A program made the translations under genes and the position numbers. Shown piece by piece: positions 61,561 through 64,000 of a DNA stretch of 64,000 bases; position 1 is the first letter of the stretch, and every line of letters begins with the position of its first letter. The notes under the pieces are model-generated. The model was not told the origin of the DNA and searched no databases. It saw only the letters and a list, made by a program, of their open reading frames with translations. The DNA comes from Lama guanicoe (taxonomy: Eukaryota), in assembly GCA_013239625.1 (NCBI GenBank), contig MU054662.1:8063062-8127061 (forward strand). The letters are read 5' to 3'.

Positions 61561-62686
61561 ATAAGGGCTGGGTCTGTTATGGTGAGATTGGGCCCCAACT
61601 CCAAAGGACCCTGCCCAGGATTTTGTACGTTTTTCTGATGTCTTAGGGCCGCCATGACCTTCTAATTCCTCAGTCTTCATTTTGGAGGCAGTAACAATTG
61701 CCAAATTCCTCACAAAAGCTGGTTTCCCTCAAGAGAAGAGGGAGAGAGACAACCAGAAAAGTGAATCTCCCCAGGCAGGTGGTTAGAGAAGCCCCAGATA
61801 TTCAAGGGGATGGCCCATCCAACAGCGGCAGAACTGGCCAGCCATGGTCGTCTGTTCCCTGTGCCCCCTGGCTGTTAGGGGAGCCCTGTGTTCGGGGTGT
61901 GTTACGGGGTAGGGAGCACTGAGGCATGCCGGGTCCCCTCGAGGTGAAAGCCGAAGGAAAGGCTGGATCCCAGGGGTCAGGGTTTCACCCCAAGTGCCCA
62001 CTTAGGGGACAGTCTTTTCAACGATCTTCGGAGCCTGTGCGCACAGTGATATGGAAAGGAGATCCCTGCAGACAATGGCTGTGGGGCTTGGAGAAGATGG
62101 GGGATGGTTAAAGAGGAAAAGGGGGCAAAGGGTCAGAGACTCCTGGGGAACCAGTGTGGGTGGTTGTCGTTGCCCAAGTCCAGTGACTGCTCTGGGACTG
62201 GCAAGTGAATCAGCTTCCTCCTGCCGAACTACCTATTTCAGAGGGAGCCCAATAGAGTCCTATACACCCCTTCCCCAGCCCCTGCTGATGCTGCTGAGGC
62301 TGGAGTCTAAACAGGCAGTACCTGGGGGTGGAGGGGCCTGGCCCTCCCTACGGTAGAAGTAGGGGGAGGATGCAAGTGTGTCGACGGACCACTGACTCCT
62401 GCCGTGAATTGCGTCCTTCTACACAATGGAAGGCATTCAAGAATGAGATAGAGGCAACCTCAAACATCACCCCAGCCTCCCCCCCCACCCCGCGACACGC
62501 GCTCACGCGAACACACACGCACGCACACTCGCTGTGCACGGAACAGTCTAACCAAGTGAGCACCAGTGTGGTTTGTTCTGGGGGCTGCATAGAGTTGACA
62601 CTGTTGCTTGGATGGGTGCAGTCGGCAAGGACAATTTTTGCAGCTAATGCTGGAAGTGTGGCAATCAGAGGAGCCGCCAGCTGTCT

Positions 62687-62890
62687 NNNNNNNNNNNNNN
62701 NNNNNNNNNNNNNNNNNNNNNNNNNNNNNNNNNNNNNNNNNNNNNNNNNNNNNNNNNNNNNNNNNNNNNNNNNNNNNNNNNNNNNNNNNNNNNNNNNNNN
62801 NNNNNNNNNNNNNNNNNNNNNNNNNNNNNNNNNNNNNNNNNNNNNNNNNNNNNNNNNNNNNNNNNNNNNNNNNNNNNNNNNNNNNNNNNN
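62687..62890. other. N-block 7 (204 bp)
   Basis: Run of N in unique, motif-rich sequence. Confidence 0.95.
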
Positions 62891-63409
62891 TCCACGTGTC
62901 AGCGACAACCCCGAACTGACACACGTACTCTCCTGGGCCTGCCTGCCTGCCTCCCCCTGAAGTCAGAGGCTTGGGGGTGGGGTTTGCGCAGAGGTGCCCA
63001 GGGAGACCTGGGGGAGCCGGGAGCAGCATCTGAACGGGGGCGGAAGTGATGAGTGTGTCCCTGGGGCTGCTGGAGGACAGGTCTGGCGCTAACACTAGAA
63101 ACCAGAACCCAGGCCCCCTCCCTGGTCTCCTGCTCTGTCCTCGCCCGACGTCGCAGGCTCAGTGTCCTCAGGAGGCAATGTCAGTGCTCAGCTGGGAGGA
63201 AGGGAACCCTGTCTGCTGTTACCCTCCGAGCTGGGAGGGTCCTGTTGGGCCAACGTAAATCCTAGTCCCCCTGCACCGGCTGACGCCTGGATATTCATGG
63301 ACTGGGTAGAGGGTCAGGAAGGGAGCAGGATTGGCTGTCCCAGTCTGGGGAGTCCGCTTCTCTTAGTAATTAGTTACCACAGACTTATTGACGCCCTCTG
63401 GCTCCTTGA

Positions 63410-63625
63410 GCAGGGGCTTTGGAACAGACCCACCCAGACTCAGCTCTGCCGTGTGCTGGCTGCGGGGTCTGACGCAAGTTGTGTGACTTACGTTTTCTAA
63501 CCAACACCATCTTCATGTACCTGCAATAATTATATTTACCTCACAGGGCTGGCATGAGGGTTGAATAACGTACCAGGCGGCACCTGATGCAAGCCTGGCC
63601 GGTGGCGAATGCTCAGTAAACGTCG
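63410..63625 (+). mobile_element. MIR SINE
   Basis: GGCTTTGGAACAGACC...CTCAGCTCTGCC...TTTACCTCACAGGGCTGG...ATGCTCAGTAAACGT. Confidence 0.75.
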
Positions 63626-64000
63626 GTCCCTCCCCGGGCCCCTCCCCAGCATGCTCCCTCCTGCCCACACTGAGCTGCTTCTTTCCAGCTCCCGCGGACA
63701 CTAAGGAAGCATGATCTGGTCCAGTTTCTCCAGGTCTCCCATCTGCATCCTGAGCAGCTCCTGAAGTGGACCCCAGCCCCTCACACACCCACCGTCTCCC
63801 AGGGGGCCTCTCTGCGGGGCTCAGGCATCAGGCCTTCAGCATCTCACAGCCTCTCTTCCTGCCCCTGGCTTGTAACAAGCCCAGCTCTCTCTCTTCTGGG
63901 CGCTAGTTCAATGGAGCTTCCATCAGGCCTCACGTATGTTCTTTATCTGTGAAATGAGGGGGGTAGACGGAGCTCTCTGAGGTGCCTTGGAGCCTCAGCA

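Noticed and set aside
460-62890. N-blocks as precisely masked coding exons (several lengths divisible by 3; pairs of 204 and 156 bp)
   Set aside because: Flanks do not show AG..GT (+) or AC..CT (-) at the block edges, and flanks of equal-length blocks are unrelated to each other.
1-64000. Hundreds of 60-240 aa ORFs in the six-frame track
   Set aside because: They overlap on both strands, have Pro/Gly/Ser/Arg-rich composition typical of GC-rich non-coding DNA, often use non-ATG starts, and show no recognisable domains or chain of spliceable exons. Only the LINE remnants are interpretable.
1-64000. CRISPR arrays, operons, prokaryotic or viral systems, tRNA/rRNA, canonical CpG island, named gene locus
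   Set aside because: No regularly spaced repeats, no gene-dense structure, no recognisable structural RNA, only small CpG clusters, and no sequence I can confidently assign to a known gene.

Overview
Mammalian, probably laurasiatherian, non-coding DNA: a large intron or gene desert with moderately high GC. I cannot support any host protein-coding exon, tRNA, rRNA or known ncRNA. The ORF track appears spurious except for decayed LINE ORF2 remnants (L2 endonuclease/RT at about 13.0-14.6 kb, L3/CR1 RT at about 41.4-43.2 kb). Much of the window is ancient interspersed repeat: MIR, L2, L3/CR1, L1M 3' UTRs, and hAT/Tigger MITEs (MER3, MER5, MER58, MER63, MER94, MER96, MER103, Tigger3). There is one well-preserved solo ERV1-type LTR with a 4-bp TSD (1674-2261), and I recognise no young lineage-specific SINE. 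Seven N-blocks of 156-418 bp lie in repeat-free, motif-dense unique sequence. They look more like deliberately masked conserved elements than ordinary assembly gaps (inference). With several unmasked enhancer-like blocks, this suggests a long-range regulatory landscape of a developmental or neural gene that I cannot name. I found no convincing evidence for a novel biological system; the findings are modest, checkable leads. Repeat family names come from by-eye recall of consensus sequences, and repeat boundaries are approximate unless TSDs are given.
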